44,933 nt of DNA from a virus. Its lineage: Duplodnaviria > Heunggongvirae > Uroviricota > Caudoviricetes. Where the stretch lies: IMG/VR virus record IMGVR_UViG_2541047866_000012. One strand, written 5' to 3'. Below are positions 18,531 to 28,277 of the stretch, one piece after another. A program made the translations under genes and the position numbers. The notes below the pieces were generated by a model. That model was given only the letters and a program-made list of their open reading frames with translations. It did no database searches and had not been told where the DNA came from. The number at the start of each line of letters is the position of its first letter. The stretch's first letter is position 1.

Positions 18531-19027
18531 TGCCTCCATCATTACGAAAAGCAGTTGCTGCTGCTATTGGTGGCGGAGCAATTGCTATAGCATCAGTGTT
18601 AATCACTGGCCCAAGTGGTGACGATGGCCTGGAAGGTGTCAGCTACATACCATACAAAGATATCGTTGGCGTATGGACTGTATGTCACGGACACACCGGA
18701 AAAGACATCATGCTCGGTAAAACGTATACCGAAGCAGAATGCAAAGCCCTCCTGAATAAAGACCTTGCCACGGTTGCCAGACAAATTAACCCGTACATCA
18801 AAGTCGATATACCGGAAACAACGCGCGGCGCTCTTTACTCGTTCGTCTACAACGTGGGTGCTGGCAATTTCAGAACATCGACGCTTCTTCGCAAAATAAA
18901 CCAGGGCGATATCAAAGGCGCATGTGACCAGCTACGTCGCTGGATATACGCTGGCGGTAAGCAATGGAAAGGCCTGATGACTCGTCGTGAGATTGAGCGT
19001 GAAGTCTGTTTGTGGGGGCAACAATGA
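18530..19027 (+). CDS. SAR endolysin (GH24 lysozyme with N-terminal signal-anchor-release domain)
   Basis: 165 aa; N-terminal Gly/Ala-rich weak TM ([18 protein letters not shown]); lysozyme-type catalytic region follows. Confidence 0.92.
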   Translation: MPPSLRKAVAAAIGGGAIAIASVLITGPSGDDGLEGVSYIPYKDIVGVWTVCHGHTGKDIMLGKTYTEAECKALLNKDLATVARQINPYIKVDIPETTRGALYSFVYNVGAGNFRTSTLLRKINQGDIKGACDQLRRWIYAGGKQWKGLMTRREIEREVCLWGQQ

Positions 19028-19491
19028 GCAGAGTAACCGCGATTATCTCCGCTCTGGTTATCTGCATCATCGTCTGCCTGTCGTGGGCGGTCAATCATTA
19101 CCGTGATAACGCCATCGCCTACAAAGAACAGCGAGATAAAAAAGTCAGTGAGCTGAAGCAGGCGACCGCCACCATTACTGACATGCAGCAGCGCCAGCGT
19201 TCTGCTGATGCACTCGATGCTAAATACACGAAGGAGTTAGCTGATGCGAAAGCTGAAAATGATGCTCTTCGGCGCAAGCTTGATAATGGTGGTCGGGTGT
19301 TCGTCAAAGGAAAATGCCCTGTGCCATCCTCAGCCGAAACCTCCAGCGCCTCCGGCATGGGCAATGATGCCACCGTCGAACTCTCTCCAGTTGCTGGACG
19401 AAACGTTCTCGGTATCCGGGACGGAATTATCCGCGACCAAACAGCACTGAGAACGCTTCAGGAATACATCAGGACGCAATGCCTTCGATGA
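19024..19491 (+). CDS. Rz: i-spanin Rz
   Basis: [22 protein letters not shown]-terminal TM, coiled-coil periplasmic domain; ATGA overlap with endolysin stop. Confidence 0.9.
   Translation: MSRVTAIISALVICIIVCLSWAVNHYRDNAIAYKEQRDKKVSELKQATATITDMQQRQRSADALDAKYTKELADAKAENDALRRKLDNGGRVFVKGKCPVPSSAETSSASGMGNDATVELSPVAGRNVLGIRDGIIRDQTALRTLQEYIRTQCLR
19244..19450 (+). CDS. Rz1: o-spanin Rz1 (lipoprotein embedded in +1 frame of Rz)
   Basis: 68 aa; lipobox VVGC; proline-rich ([11 protein letters not shown]); fully nested in Rz. Confidence 0.85.
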   Translation: MRKLKMMLFGASLIMVVGCSSKENALCHPQPKPPAPPAWAMMPPSNSLQLLDETFSVSGTELSATKQH

Positions 19492-19697
19492 TAGCGATAA
19501 TTTTACTCATCATCCTCCACATCTGGCTCTGTAGACAGGATGGTGATCACTTCTGGAGTGAATCCAGATTAAACATCTCATTGCTGATGCTTGATATTGA
19601 GCATCTTGCGCGCGGTAAGGGGCTGCGTTGAGATAAGAGCCAGTCATTACAAATACCAGGATTTAGCCTCGCATTCGCGGGGCTTTTTATTGCCATT

Positions 19698-19729
19698 ATC
19701 AAAGCCACTCCCTACAGAGTGGCTTTGAT
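19698..19729. terminator. Perfect 13-bp-arm palindrome (ATCAAAGCCACTC-CCTACA-GAGTGGCTTTGAT); candidate bidirectional terminator or protein site
   Basis: Directly visible; follows a weaker hairpin plus T-run at about 19665-19690 after Rz. Confidence 0.5.
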
Positions 19730-19772
19730 AATGGCTTATACCCTACACGGGATAGCTTAACTGATATCCCTT

Positions 19773-19988
19773 TTAACGGATAAAGGTATTCAAGCCTGAC
19801 ACATCATGCGCTGTATCGTCGCCGTATTCCCGTATTAACAGAGACCGTAGCCCGACGGGGAACTCCTTCTGCGCGAGTGTGCGGGAATAATCAAAAACGA
19901 TGCACACCGGGTTTTTACCGCGTTTATGGTTCGCGGGTTTGTCCCTCATGCTCGCCAGTCCTGTGCGGGGGTGGAAGAAACAGGACAC
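19773..19988 (-). CDS. Hypothetical small protein (uncertain)
   Basis: 71 aa; ends just upstream of the palindrome; no recognised motif. Confidence 0.35.
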   Translation of the reverse strand: MSCFFHPRTGLASMRDKPANHKRGKNPVCIVFDYSRTLAQKEFPVGLRSLLIREYGDDTAHDVSGLNTFIR

Positions 19989-20089
19989 TTACACAGATTC
20001 TTGTGGGCACGATGCTATGCCTTTCTGGATTATCCCGATGCCATTCATGCAAGGCGTTGTATCAGACGTTCGTCAGAGCTGTCAGGCTG

Positions 20090-20140
20090 ACGGGTCCTCC
20101 CGGTGGGGTGGCCTGCCACGGGGCGGGAGCGTCGCGGAAA
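20090..20140. other. Candidate cos site (cosQ/cosN-like)
   Basis: ACGGGTCCTCCCGGTGGGGTGGCCTGCCACG-GGGCGGGAGCGT-CGCGG resembles my recollection of lambda ...ACGGGTCCTTTCCGGTGATCCGACAGGTTACG-GGGCGGCGACCT-CGCGG; sits about 170 bp upstream of the Nu1-like gene. Confidence 0.55.
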
Positions 20141-20306
20141 AAGGCTAGTTTTTGCATTTTTATCGGCCACCATCATCTTTGCATCTTATTGATTATTAAT
20201 GGTTGTTTGTTTTTTGTATGTCGAATTGAGTGTTTTTTGTTCGACATCGAACGCGTTTTCTTAAAGTTGTTCGCACGATGCATGTTTAAAGCTCTCCGGA
20301 GGAAAT

Positions 20307-20798
20307 ATGGATCATGAGTTGAAAAAACTGGTGCTGAATATTAATCAACTGGCGGCTTTATCTGGTCTGCACCGCCAGACTGTCGTGGCAAGACTGAAAA
20401 ACATTCGTCCCGCTGGTGGACATGACAAACTCAAGCTATACCGGTTGACCGATATTCTGACTGAATTTATGGGGTTACCACCGCCGGTTGCTGAGGGCGA
20501 AATGGATCCACATGAACGCAAAGCCTGGTATCAGTCTGAACGTGAGCGTCTTAAGTTCGAACAGGAAACGGCACAACTCATTCCGGCCAGTGATGTCAGA
20601 CGGGAGTTTGCCATCTGGGCAAAAGCGGTCGTGCAGGTGCTGGAGACATTACCGGATATTCTGGAACGTGACTGTGGTCTGCAGCCTGCCGCTGTGAGCC
20701 GTGTTCAGTCCATTATTGATGATCTGCGCGATCAGATAGCCCTGCGGGTGACCGAAGCAGGTGCGGATGATGAGGAGGAATTACAGCAGGAGGAGTAA
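20307..20798 (+). CDS. Terminase small subunit (Nu1-like)
   Basis: 163 aa; N-terminal HTH-like LNINQLAALSGLHRQTVVARL; immediately upstream of and overlapping terminase large subunit. Confidence 0.8.
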   Translation: MDHELKKLVLNINQLAALSGLHRQTVVARLKNIRPAGGHDKLKLYRLTDILTEFMGLPPPVAEGEMDPHERKAWYQSERERLKFEQETAQLIPASDVRREFAIWAKAVVQVLETLPDILERDCGLQPAAVSRVQSIIDDLRDQIALRVTEAGADDEEELQQEE

Positions 20799-22900
20799 TG
20801 CTGAATCAGGAAACCGCAAAGGCAGCACGAACCGATTCAGGTTATATCCTTCGCGCACCGAGACGAATGCGGGTTGCTGATGCCGTTGCTCAGTATATGC
20901 GGGTGCCCATGGGGGCAGGGAACTCAGTCCCGTGGGATCCGCTGGTGGCACCGTATGTTATTGAGCCGATGAACTGCCTGGCCTCGCGTGAATACGACGC
21001 AGTGATATTTGTTGGCCCGGCACGAACCGGCAAGACTATCGGCCTGATTGACGGCTGGGTGATTTACAACGTGATTTGCGATCCTGCGGATATGCTGATC
21101 ATTCAGATGACGGAGGAAAAAGCCCGCGAACACTCCAAAAAACGACTCGCCAGAACGTTTCGCGTCAGCCCGGAAGTGGTCAGTCGCCTGAGTCCGAACA
21201 AAAATGACAACAACGTTTATGACAGAACATTCCTTGCTGGCAACTACCTGAAAATCGGCTGGCCGTCAGTCAATATCATGTCCTCATCAGATTATAAATG
21301 CGTGGCGCTGACGGATTATGACCGTTTTCCGGAAGATATTGATGGCGAGGGGGATGCCTTCTCTCTTGCCTCAAAACGTACCACCACATTTATGTCCAGT
21401 GGTATGACGCTGGTGGAGAGTTCCCCCGGCAGGGATGTGAAGGATGTGAAATGGCGACGGACTTCACCGCATGAGGCTCCACCAACCACGGGGATACTGT
21501 CGCTCTATAACCGTGGCGATCGCCGTCGCTGGTACTGGCCCTGTCCACACTGTGGTGAGTATTTTCAGCCCTGCGGCGATGTGGTTGCTGGTTTCCGTGA
21601 TATTGCCGATCCCGTGCTGGCAAGTGAGGCGGCTTATATTCAGTGTCCTTCCTGTTCAGGACGGATTATGCCTGAACAAAAACGCGAGCTGAACGGACGT
21701 GGGGTCTGGTTGCGGGATGGTGAATCCATCAATGCGGATGGCAGTCGTTATGGTGATCCCCGACGCTCACGTATTGCGTCATTCTGGATGGAGGGTCCGG
21801 CAGCTGCTTACCAGACACTCTCGCAACTCGTTTACAAACTGCTTACTGCAGAACAGGAATACGAGACAACCGGAAGTGAAGAAACACTCAAGACGGTTAT
21901 CAATACCGACTGGGGATTACCTTATCTTCCCCGTGCCAGCATGGAGCAACGAAAAAGTGAACTGCTTGAGCAGCGGGCAGAGCCAGTTCCTTCCCGCAGT
22001 GTGCCGGATGGCGTTAATTTCCTTGTGGCGACAGTGGATGTGCAGGCGGGACGTCATCGCCGTTTTGTGGTTCAGGTAACGGGCTATGGCAGCCGTGGCG
22101 AACGCTGGATTATTGATCGTTACAACATCACGCAGTCATTGCGCGGTGACAGCGACGGGGAGAGCCAGCGAATTGATCCGGCCAGCTATCCGGAAGACTG
22201 GGATGTCCTGCTGACGGATGTTTTTCATAAAAGCTGGCCGCTGGCCTCCGATCCTTCTCAACAAATGCGACTGATGGCAATGGCGGTGGACTCCGGCGGT
22301 GAAGACGGGGTCACTGATAATGCCTATAAATTCTGGCGTCGTTGCCGTCGTGATGGCCTTGGTAAACGTATTTACCTGTTTAAGGGCGACAGCATCCGGC
22401 GCGCAAAACTGATCACCCGTACATTCCCTGATAACACCGGACGAACAGGCCGACGGGCGCAGGCCGCAGGTGATGTGCCGCTCTGGCTTCTTCAGACGGA
22501 TGCCCTGAAAGACCGGGTGAATAACGCGTTATGGCGTGACTCTCCAGGTCCCGGCTATGTGCATTTCCCTGACTGGCTGGGGAGCTGGTTTTACGACGAA
22601 CTGACGTATGAAGAGCGGAGTAGTGACGGGAAATGGAGTAAGCCGGGTCGCGGTGCCAACGAAGCTTTTGACCTGATGGTGTATGCCGAGGCTCTGGTCA
22701 TTCTGCATGGATACGAAAAGATCCGCTGGCCGGATGCACCGGGGTGGGCGAGCCGGGAAACCTGGCTGGAGTGTGTCCCGGACAGTACCGAACCGTCACC
22801 CTCACCGGAACCGGTATCCACGCCTGTTAAAAAACAAAAACGGAAGAAAACAGTAACTGACGATGTTAACCCCTGGCTGACTTCCGGAGGATGGTTATGA
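20798..22900 (+). CDS. Terminase large subunit (lambda GpA family)
   Basis: 700 aa; Walker A-like VGPARTGKT; WYWPCPHCGEYFQP parallels lambda gpA VACPHCGEEQYLKF. Confidence 0.95.
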   Translation: MLNQETAKAARTDSGYILRAPRRMRVADAVAQYMRVPMGAGNSVPWDPLVAPYVIEPMNCLASREYDAVIFVGPARTGKTIGLIDGWVIYNVICDPADMLIIQMTEEKAREHSKKRLARTFRVSPEVVSRLSPNKNDNNVYDRTFLAGNYLKIGWPSVNIMSSSDYKCVALTDYDRFPEDIDGEGDAFSLASKRTTTFMSSGMTLVESSPGRDVKDVKWRRTSPHEAPPTTGILSLYNRGDRRRWYWPCPHCGEYFQPCGDVVAGFRDIADPVLASEAAYIQCPSCSGRIMPEQKRELNGRGVWLRDGESINADGSRYGDPRRSRIASFWMEGPAAAYQTLSQLVYKLLTAEQEYETTGSEETLKTVINTDWGLPYLPRASMEQRKSELLEQRAEPVPSRSVPDGVNFLVATVDVQAGRHRRFVVQVTGYGSRGERWIIDRYNITQSLRGDSDGESQRIDPASYPEDWDVLLTDVFHKSWPLASDPSQQMRLMAMAVDSGGEDGVTDNAYKFWRRCRRDGLGKRIYLFKGDSIRRAKLITRTFPDNTGRTGRRAQAAGDVPLWLLQTDALKDRVNNALWRDSPGPGYVHFPDWLGSWFYDELTYEERSSDGKWSKPGRGANEAFDLMVYAEALVILHGYEKIRWPDAPGWASRETWLECVPDSTEPSPSPEPVSTPVKKQKRKKTVTDDVNPWLTSGGWL

Positions 22901-23109
22901 ACCAGAATGATATCGAAGCCATGATTCAGCGTTATACGGAAGCTGAAATGGCGGTGCTGGACGGAAAATCCGTCACCTTTAATGGTCAGCAGATGACCAT
23001 GGAAAACTTATCTGAGATCCGGCAGGGACGGCAGGAGTGGGAGCGCCGCCTTGCGGCTCTGATTACACGACGACGGGGGCATCCCGGGTACCGGCTGGCG
23101 AGGTTCTGA
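22897..23109 (+). CDS. Head-tail joining protein W-like
   Basis: 70 aa; C-terminal ...RRRGHPGYRLARF parallels lambda gpW ...RRRGPAGFYV; ATGA overlaps with terminase and portal. Confidence 0.8.
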   Translation: MNQNDIEAMIQRYTEAEMAVLDGKSVTFNGQQMTMENLSEIRQGRQEWERRLAALITRRRGHPGYRLARF

Positions 23110-24617
23110 TGGCAATTCTTGATGATGTGATTGGCGTTTTTTCACCAGGATGGAAAGCGGCAAGGCTGCGTTCCCGTGCGGTGATCCAGGCTTATGAGGC
23201 CGTAAAAACGACGCGGACACACAAAGCCCGGCGGGAAAACCGAACTGCCGACCAGTTAAGCCAGTACGGGGCCGTGTCGTTACGTGAGCAGGCCCGTTAC
23301 CTTGATAACAACCACGATCTGGTTATTGGTGTATTTGACAAGCTGGAAGAACGGGTGGTGGGGAAAAACGGGATTATTGTCGAGCCACATCCGGTATTAC
23401 GCAATGGGGCCATTGCCCGTGATCTGGCAGCAGAGATACGCACCCGATGGAGTGAATGGTCTGTCAGTCCGGAAGTCACCGGGCAGTTTACCCGTCCGAT
23501 GCTGGAACGTCTGATGCTGCGTACCTGGCTGCGCGATGGTGAGGTGTTTGCCCAGATGGTTTCCGGGCGCATAAACAGCCTGACGCCTTCTGCCGGTGTT
23601 CATTTCTGGCTGGAGGCGCTCGAGCCGGACTTTATTCCCATGACCAGTGATGAGAGCAACAGGCTGAATCAGGGCGTGTTTGTTGATGACTGGGGGCGTC
23701 CCGAAAAATATCTGGTGTATAAAAGCCGTCCCGTATCCGGGCGGCAGATGGAAACCAAAGAAGTGGATGCAGAGCGAATGCTGCATCTTAAATTTGTTCG
23801 CCGTCTGCACCAGATGCGCGGGACGTCTTTGTTGTCCGGTGTGCTGATCCGCCTCAGTGCCCTGAAAGAGTATGAAGATTCTGAGCTGACTGCAGCAAGG
23901 ATCGCCGCTGCTCTGGGGATGTACATCCGGAAAGGCGACGGGCAGAGCTATGAACCGGATGGTAATGGCAGCAAGGAGAATGAACGCGAGCTTACCATTC
24001 AGCCAGGCATTATTTACGACGATCTGAAACCCGGCGAAGAAATCGGAATGGTGAAGTCGGATCGTCCCAATCCTAACCTTGAAACTTTTCGTAATGGTCA
24101 GTTGCGTGCCGTGGCGGCGGGCAGTCGTCTGAGTTTTTCCAGTACGGCACGCAACTATAACGGCACTTACAGCGCCCAGCGTCAGGAGCTGGTTGAATCC
24201 ACTGATGGCTACCTGATCCTGCAGGACTGGTTTATTGGTGCCGTCACCCGCCCGATGTATCGTGCCTGGCTGAAACAGGCTGTGGCATCCGGTGTTATCA
24301 GGCTACCCCGCGATCTTGACCGTTCTTCACTGTATACCGCGGTGTATTCCGGACCGGTGATGCCGTGGATTGACCCTGTTAAGGAGGCTGAGGCCTGGAA
24401 AATTCAGATTCGTGGCGGAGCGGCGACAGAATCAGACTGGGTACGTGCAGGTGGTCGTAATCCGGATGATGTCAAACGTCGGCGCAAGGCAGAAATTGAT
24501 GAAAACCGCAAGCTGGATCTGGTATTTGATACCGATCCGGCCAGTGATAAAGGAGGCAGCAGTGCCGCAACGAAACGACAGGAGCCGCAGCACACCGACG
24601 ACCAGTCCGAAGAATAA
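23109..24617 (+). CDS. Portal protein (lambda B family)
   Basis: 502 aa from ATG 23109 (MAILDDVIGVF...); size and position as for portal. Confidence 0.9.
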   Translation: MAILDDVIGVFSPGWKAARLRSRAVIQAYEAVKTTRTHKARRENRTADQLSQYGAVSLREQARYLDNNHDLVIGVFDKLEERVVGKNGIIVEPHPVLRNGAIARDLAAEIRTRWSEWSVSPEVTGQFTRPMLERLMLRTWLRDGEVFAQMVSGRINSLTPSAGVHFWLEALEPDFIPMTSDESNRLNQGVFVDDWGRPEKYLVYKSRPVSGRQMETKEVDAERMLHLKFVRRLHQMRGTSLLSGVLIRLSALKEYEDSELTAARIAAALGMYIRKGDGQSYEPDGNGSKENERELTIQPGIIYDDLKPGEEIGMVKSDRPNPNLETFRNGQLRAVAAGSRLSFSSTARNYNGTYSAQRQELVESTDGYLILQDWFIGAVTRPMYRAWLKQAVASGVIRLPRDLDRSSLYTAVYSGPVMPWIDPVKEAEAWKIQIRGGAATESDWVRAGGRNPDDVKRRRKAEIDENRKLDLVFDTDPASDKGGSSAATKRQEPQHTDDQSEE

Positions 24618-26589
24618 TTCCTGGTTCAGGATGCAGGCTGGTCACCAGAGTGACGCGGATATTTATATTTATGACGAGATTGGTTTCTGGGGTGTTACAG
24701 CGAAGCAGTTTATCAGTGATCTGAATGCACTGGGCGATATCACCCACATTAATCTCCATATCAATTCACCGGGTGGCGATGTCTTTGAAGGCATCGCCAT
24801 TTTTAATGCGCTGAAAACACATGGTGCGTCCATTACCGTTTATGTCGACGGTGTGGCGGCGTCAATGGCGTCGGTCATTGCGATGGTGGGAAACCCGGTC
24901 ATTATGCCGGAAAACACCTTCATGATGATTCATAAACCATTTGGCTTTACGGGCGGTGATGCGGAGGACATGCGCACCTATGCCGACCTGCTCGATAAGG
25001 TTGAGGCGGTTCTGTTACCCGCTTATGCACAGAAAACCGGGAAAACCACCGATGAAATTGCTGCCATGCTGGCGGATGAGACCTGGATGTCCGGTGCCGA
25101 ATGTCTGGCACATGGATTTGCTGATCAGGTGACGCCAGCCGTTAAGGCAATGGCATGTATTCAGTCAAAACGTACAGAGGAATTTAAAAAGATGCCGGAA
25201 TCCATTCGAAACATGATTACTCCGCCACGCAACAGTGCTCCACGCGTACAGGATGATGAACCTGCAGCCTCCCGGACGCCAGTGCAGGCAGCAGCACCCG
25301 TGGTGGATGAAAACAGTATCCGTGCGCAGGTACTGGCAGAGCAAAAAGCGCGTGTAAACGGTATTAATGATCTGTTTGCCATGTTTGGCGGGCGTTATCA
25401 GACGCTACAGGCTCAGTGTCTTGCCGATCCTGAATGTTCGCTGGAGCAGGCCCGCGAAAAGCTGTTGAACGAGATGGGGCGCGAGTCCACGCCATCCAAT
25501 AAAAATACCCCGGCTCATATTTATGCCGGTAACGGTAATTTTGTGGGGGACGGGATCCGCCAGGCGCTGATGGCGCGTGCCGGATTTGAAAAAACCGAAC
25601 GTGATAATGTCTACAACGGGATGACCCTGCGTGAATATGCCCGTATGTCACTGACTGAACGGGGTATTGGGGTTTCCAGTTATAACCCGATGCAGATGGT
25701 CGGTGCGGCGTTCACACACAGTACGTCTGACTTCGGTAATATTCTGCTGGATGTTGCGAACAAAGCCATTCTGCAGGGCTGGGAAGATGCTCCTGAAACC
25801 TATGAACAGTGGACGCGGAAAGGTCAGTTGTCTGATTTTAAAATTGCCCATCGTGTGGGTATGGGGGGCTTCAGTGCTCTGCGTCAGGTGCGTGAAGGGG
25901 CGGAATATAAATACGTCACCACCGGAGATAAACAGGCCACTATTGCACTGGCGACCTATGGCGAGCTGTTCAGTATCACCCGTCAGGCCATTATCAATGA
26001 TGATCTGAATATGCTGACCGATGTCCCGATGAAACTGGGCCGTGCGGCGAAATCCACTATTGCCGATCTGGTTTATGCCATTCTGACGTCTAACCCGAAA
26101 ATCTCCACAGATAATGTAAGTCTGTTCGATAAAGCGAAACATGCAAACGTACTGGAGAGCGCTGCAATGGACGTGGCATCGCTGGATAAAGCCCGCCAGT
26201 TGATGCGCGTTCAGAAAGAGGGGGAGCGTCATCTGAATATTCGTCCTGCGTTCGTACTGGTACCGACGGCGATGGAGTCTGTTGCTAACCAGGTCATTCG
26301 CTCCTCAAGTGTCAAGGGGGCTGACATTAACGCCGGTATTATTAACCCGGTGAAAGATTTTGCGACCGTTATTGCAGAGCCTCGTCTTGATGATAACAGC
26401 CAGACCACCTTCTACCTGGCTGCGTCAAAAGGCTCCGATACAATTGAAGTGGCTTATCTCAACGGTGTGGATACGCCATATATTGATCAGATGGAGGGCT
26501 TCAGTGTGGATGGCGTGACAACGAAAGTGCGTATTGACGCCGGTGTCGCGCCAGTTGATCACCGCGGTCTGGTGAAATGTACGGCGTAA
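24562..26589 (+). CDS. Fused prohead protease (ClpP-like S14) - scaffold-like linker - major capsid protein
   Basis: Start proposed at GTG 24562 (AGGAGG RBS 5 nt upstream; alternative ATG 24631); ClpP-like INSPGGDVFEG, GVAASMAS, MMIHKP; C-terminal about 340 aa capsid-like domain. Confidence 0.88.
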   Translation: MPQRNDRSRSTPTTSPKNNSWFRMQAGHQSDADIYIYDEIGFWGVTAKQFISDLNALGDITHINLHINSPGGDVFEGIAIFNALKTHGASITVYVDGVAASMASVIAMVGNPVIMPENTFMMIHKPFGFTGGDAEDMRTYADLLDKVEAVLLPAYAQKTGKTTDEIAAMLADETWMSGAECLAHGFADQVTPAVKAMACIQSKRTEEFKKMPESIRNMITPPRNSAPRVQDDEPAASRTPVQAAAPVVDENSIRAQVLAEQKARVNGINDLFAMFGGRYQTLQAQCLADPECSLEQAREKLLNEMGRESTPSNKNTPAHIYAGNGNFVGDGIRQALMARAGFEKTERDNVYNGMTLREYARMSLTERGIGVSSYNPMQMVGAAFTHSTSDFGNILLDVANKAILQGWEDAPETYEQWTRKGQLSDFKIAHRVGMGGFSALRQVREGAEYKYVTTGDKQATIALATYGELFSITRQAIINDDLNMLTDVPMKLGRAAKSTIADLVYAILTSNPKISTDNVSLFDKAKHANVLESAAMDVASLDKARQLMRVQKEGERHLNIRPAFVLVPTAMESVANQVIRSSSVKGADINAGIINPVKDFATVIAEPRLDDNSQTTFYLAASKGSDTIEVAYLNGVDTPYIDQMEGFSVDGVTTKVRIDAGVAPVDHRGLVKCTA

Positions 26590-26612
26590 ACGTCGCAGAC
26601 AACAACTCTGAT

Positions 26613-26632
26613 GGCCCGTAAGGGCTTTTTTT
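26613..26632 (+). terminator. Intrinsic terminator / attenuator after capsid gene
   Basis: Hairpin GCCC-GTAA-GGGC followed by TTTTTTT; a second hairpin CAGCCCC-TGAAC-GGGGCTG at about 26644-26662. Confidence 0.6.
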
Positions 26633-26675
26633 GTACCTGAAATCAGCCCCTGAACGGGGCTGTGCGGAGACAGTT

Positions 26676-26999
26676 ATGGCAAAGAATTTTGTAGAAGAAG
26701 GAAAAACGGTGGCGATTGTTGCCAGTGCAGCCATCAGCAGCGGAGATCTGGTGCAGGTGGGTGATGTTTTTGCGGTGGCGCTGACCGATATTCCACAGGG
26801 TGAAACAGGCGACGGCATGACCGAAGGTGTGTTTATGCTGCCTAAGCTGAAAACGGATGACATGAAAACGGGTAAGAAGGTTTATCTGAAGTCCGGAAAA
26901 GTTCAGCTGACTAACAGCGGCTCTGATCCGCTGGTCGGGGTTGTCTGGGCAGATGCCGGAACCAGTGCAGAAGAAGTGCCGGTAAAACTCAATGTCTGA
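26676..26999 (+). CDS. Capsid-associated small protein (DUF2190-like / head decoration-like, tentative)
   Basis: 107 aa from ATG 26676 (GGAG RBS); directly after capsid gene; assignment from memory. Confidence 0.6.
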   Translation: MAKNFVEEGKTVAIVASAAISSGDLVQVGDVFAVALTDIPQGETGDGMTEGVFMLPKLKTDDMKTGKKVYLKSGKVQLTNSGSDPLVGVVWADAGTSAEEVPVKLNV

Positions 27000-27267
27000 T
27001 CCCTTTTCCCGGCTGGCAGCGCGTATGGATGCGATCACGGTCAGAAAGATGGGAAAGACAGCCTCGATTAATGATGTCGATATGACTGTGATCCCGGGAG
27101 AAACACTGGCAGAGCTGAATGCTCTGTCCGGACCTGCGGTCTCTCTGGTGGTGTTTTCTTCGGGATACCGCCCACGGCGCGGGGATCGCGTTGTTTATGA
27201 CGGACAACAATGGACGGTCACACGGCATGAACGCTTTAACGGTAAGCCAATGATCTTTATTGAGTAA
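26992..27267 (+). CDS. Head-tail connector protein (lambda FII-like)
   Basis: 91 aa; position between head and Z/U; RRGDRVVYDGQQWTV resembles FII RRGDTLTIGEENFWV. Confidence 0.7.
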   Translation: MSDPFSRLAARMDAITVRKMGKTASINDVDMTVIPGETLAELNALSGPAVSLVVFSSGYRPRRGDRVVYDGQQWTVTRHERFNGKPMIFIE

Positions 27268-27278
27268 AGAGGTGTGGG

Positions 27279-27869
27279 ATGAAGGGGCTTGAGAATGCCA
27301 TCCGCAATCTGAACAGCCTTGATACCCGTATGGTGCCACAGGCCAGCGCATGGGCGATAAACCGTGTGGCACAGAAAGCGGTCTCGGTTGCCACCCGGCA
27401 GGTTGCCGGGAATACCGTTGCGGGAGATAACCAGGTGAAAGGGATCCCCCTGAAACTGGTACGTCAGCGTGTCCGGGTGTTTAAAGCCAGTCCGTCAGGA
27501 AAAATGACGGCCAGGATCCGCGTTAACCGGGGCAATCTGCCCGCCATCAAACTGAACACAACACGGCGGCGTGCTGGTGAAGGACTGAGAGTGGGAAAAT
27601 ACTTTTTCCGGAGGGCATTTGTTCAGCAACTGGCGAATGGCCGCTGGCATGTTCTGAGGCGTCTTCCTGAAGCGCGTTTTGCAACAGGGCATGACCATCA
27701 GGGCAGGCCAAGAAAAAATCGTCTTCCTGTGGAGGTAGTGAAAATCCCGCTGTCCGGACCGCTGACACAGGCATTTGAAGATGCCCGCGACCGCATCATT
27801 GCTGCGGAAATGCCGAAACAGCTGGGGTATGCACTGAAACAACAACTGAGGTTATGGCTGACTCGATGA
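27279..27869 (+). CDS. Minor tail protein Z-like
   Basis: 196 aa; position and sequence as lambda gpZ family. Confidence 0.85.
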   Translation: MKGLENAIRNLNSLDTRMVPQASAWAINRVAQKAVSVATRQVAGNTVAGDNQVKGIPLKLVRQRVRVFKASPSGKMTARIRVNRGNLPAIKLNTTRRRAGEGLRVGKYFFRRAFVQQLANGRWHVLRRLPEARFATGHDHQGRPRKNRLPVEVVKIPLSGPLTQAFEDARDRIIAAEMPKQLGYALKQQLRLWLTR

Positions 27870-28267
27870 ACCGACATACACAAATCCGCCAGGCCGTACT
27901 GGCACGCCTTCGGGAACAGTGTGGAGACAGCGCCACGTTTTTTGACGGGCTTCCGGCATTTATTGATGCGCAGGAACTGCCTGCCGTGGCGGTGTGGCTG
28001 AGTGATGCTCAGTACACCGGAAAAATGACGGATGAAGATGACTGGCAGGCTGTTCTGCATATTGCCGTCTTCATCCGGGCACAGGCACCGGATTCAGAGC
28101 TGGATATGTGGATGGAGAGCACCATTTTCCCTGCCCTGAATGATATACCGGCACTTTCCGGACTCATCGACACCCTGATCCCACTCGGTTTTAACTATCA
28201 ACGTGATAATGAGATGGCCACCTGGGCGATGGCGGAAATCACGTACCAGATCACGTACACGAATTAA
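27866..28267 (+). CDS. Minor tail protein U (tail terminator)
   Basis: Start at MNRHTQIRQAVLARL aligns with lambda gpU MKHTELRAAVLDAL; ...ATFFDG.PA...PAVAV...DSELD.WMES conserved. Confidence 0.88.
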   Translation: MNRHTQIRQAVLARLREQCGDSATFFDGLPAFIDAQELPAVAVWLSDAQYTGKMTDEDDWQAVLHIAVFIRAQAPDSELDMWMESTIFPALNDIPALSGLIDTLIPLGFNYQRDNEMATWAMAEITYQITYTN

Positions 28268-28277
28268 GGAGGTGGTA

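Noticed and set aside
19877-20317. Plus-strand ORFs 19877-20317 and 19900-20148
   Set aside because: They run across the putative cos site and into the Nu1-like start, with Cys/Gly/Arg-rich low-complexity translations.
24370-24561. Upstream extension of the protease-capsid ORF to ATG 24370
   Set aside because: Overlaps the 3' end of the portal gene in another frame; a GTG at 24562 with a perfect AGGAGG RBS is a far better start.
25648-26232. 194-aa minus-strand ORF
   Set aside because: Antisense within the major capsid coding region; no RBS, no motif.
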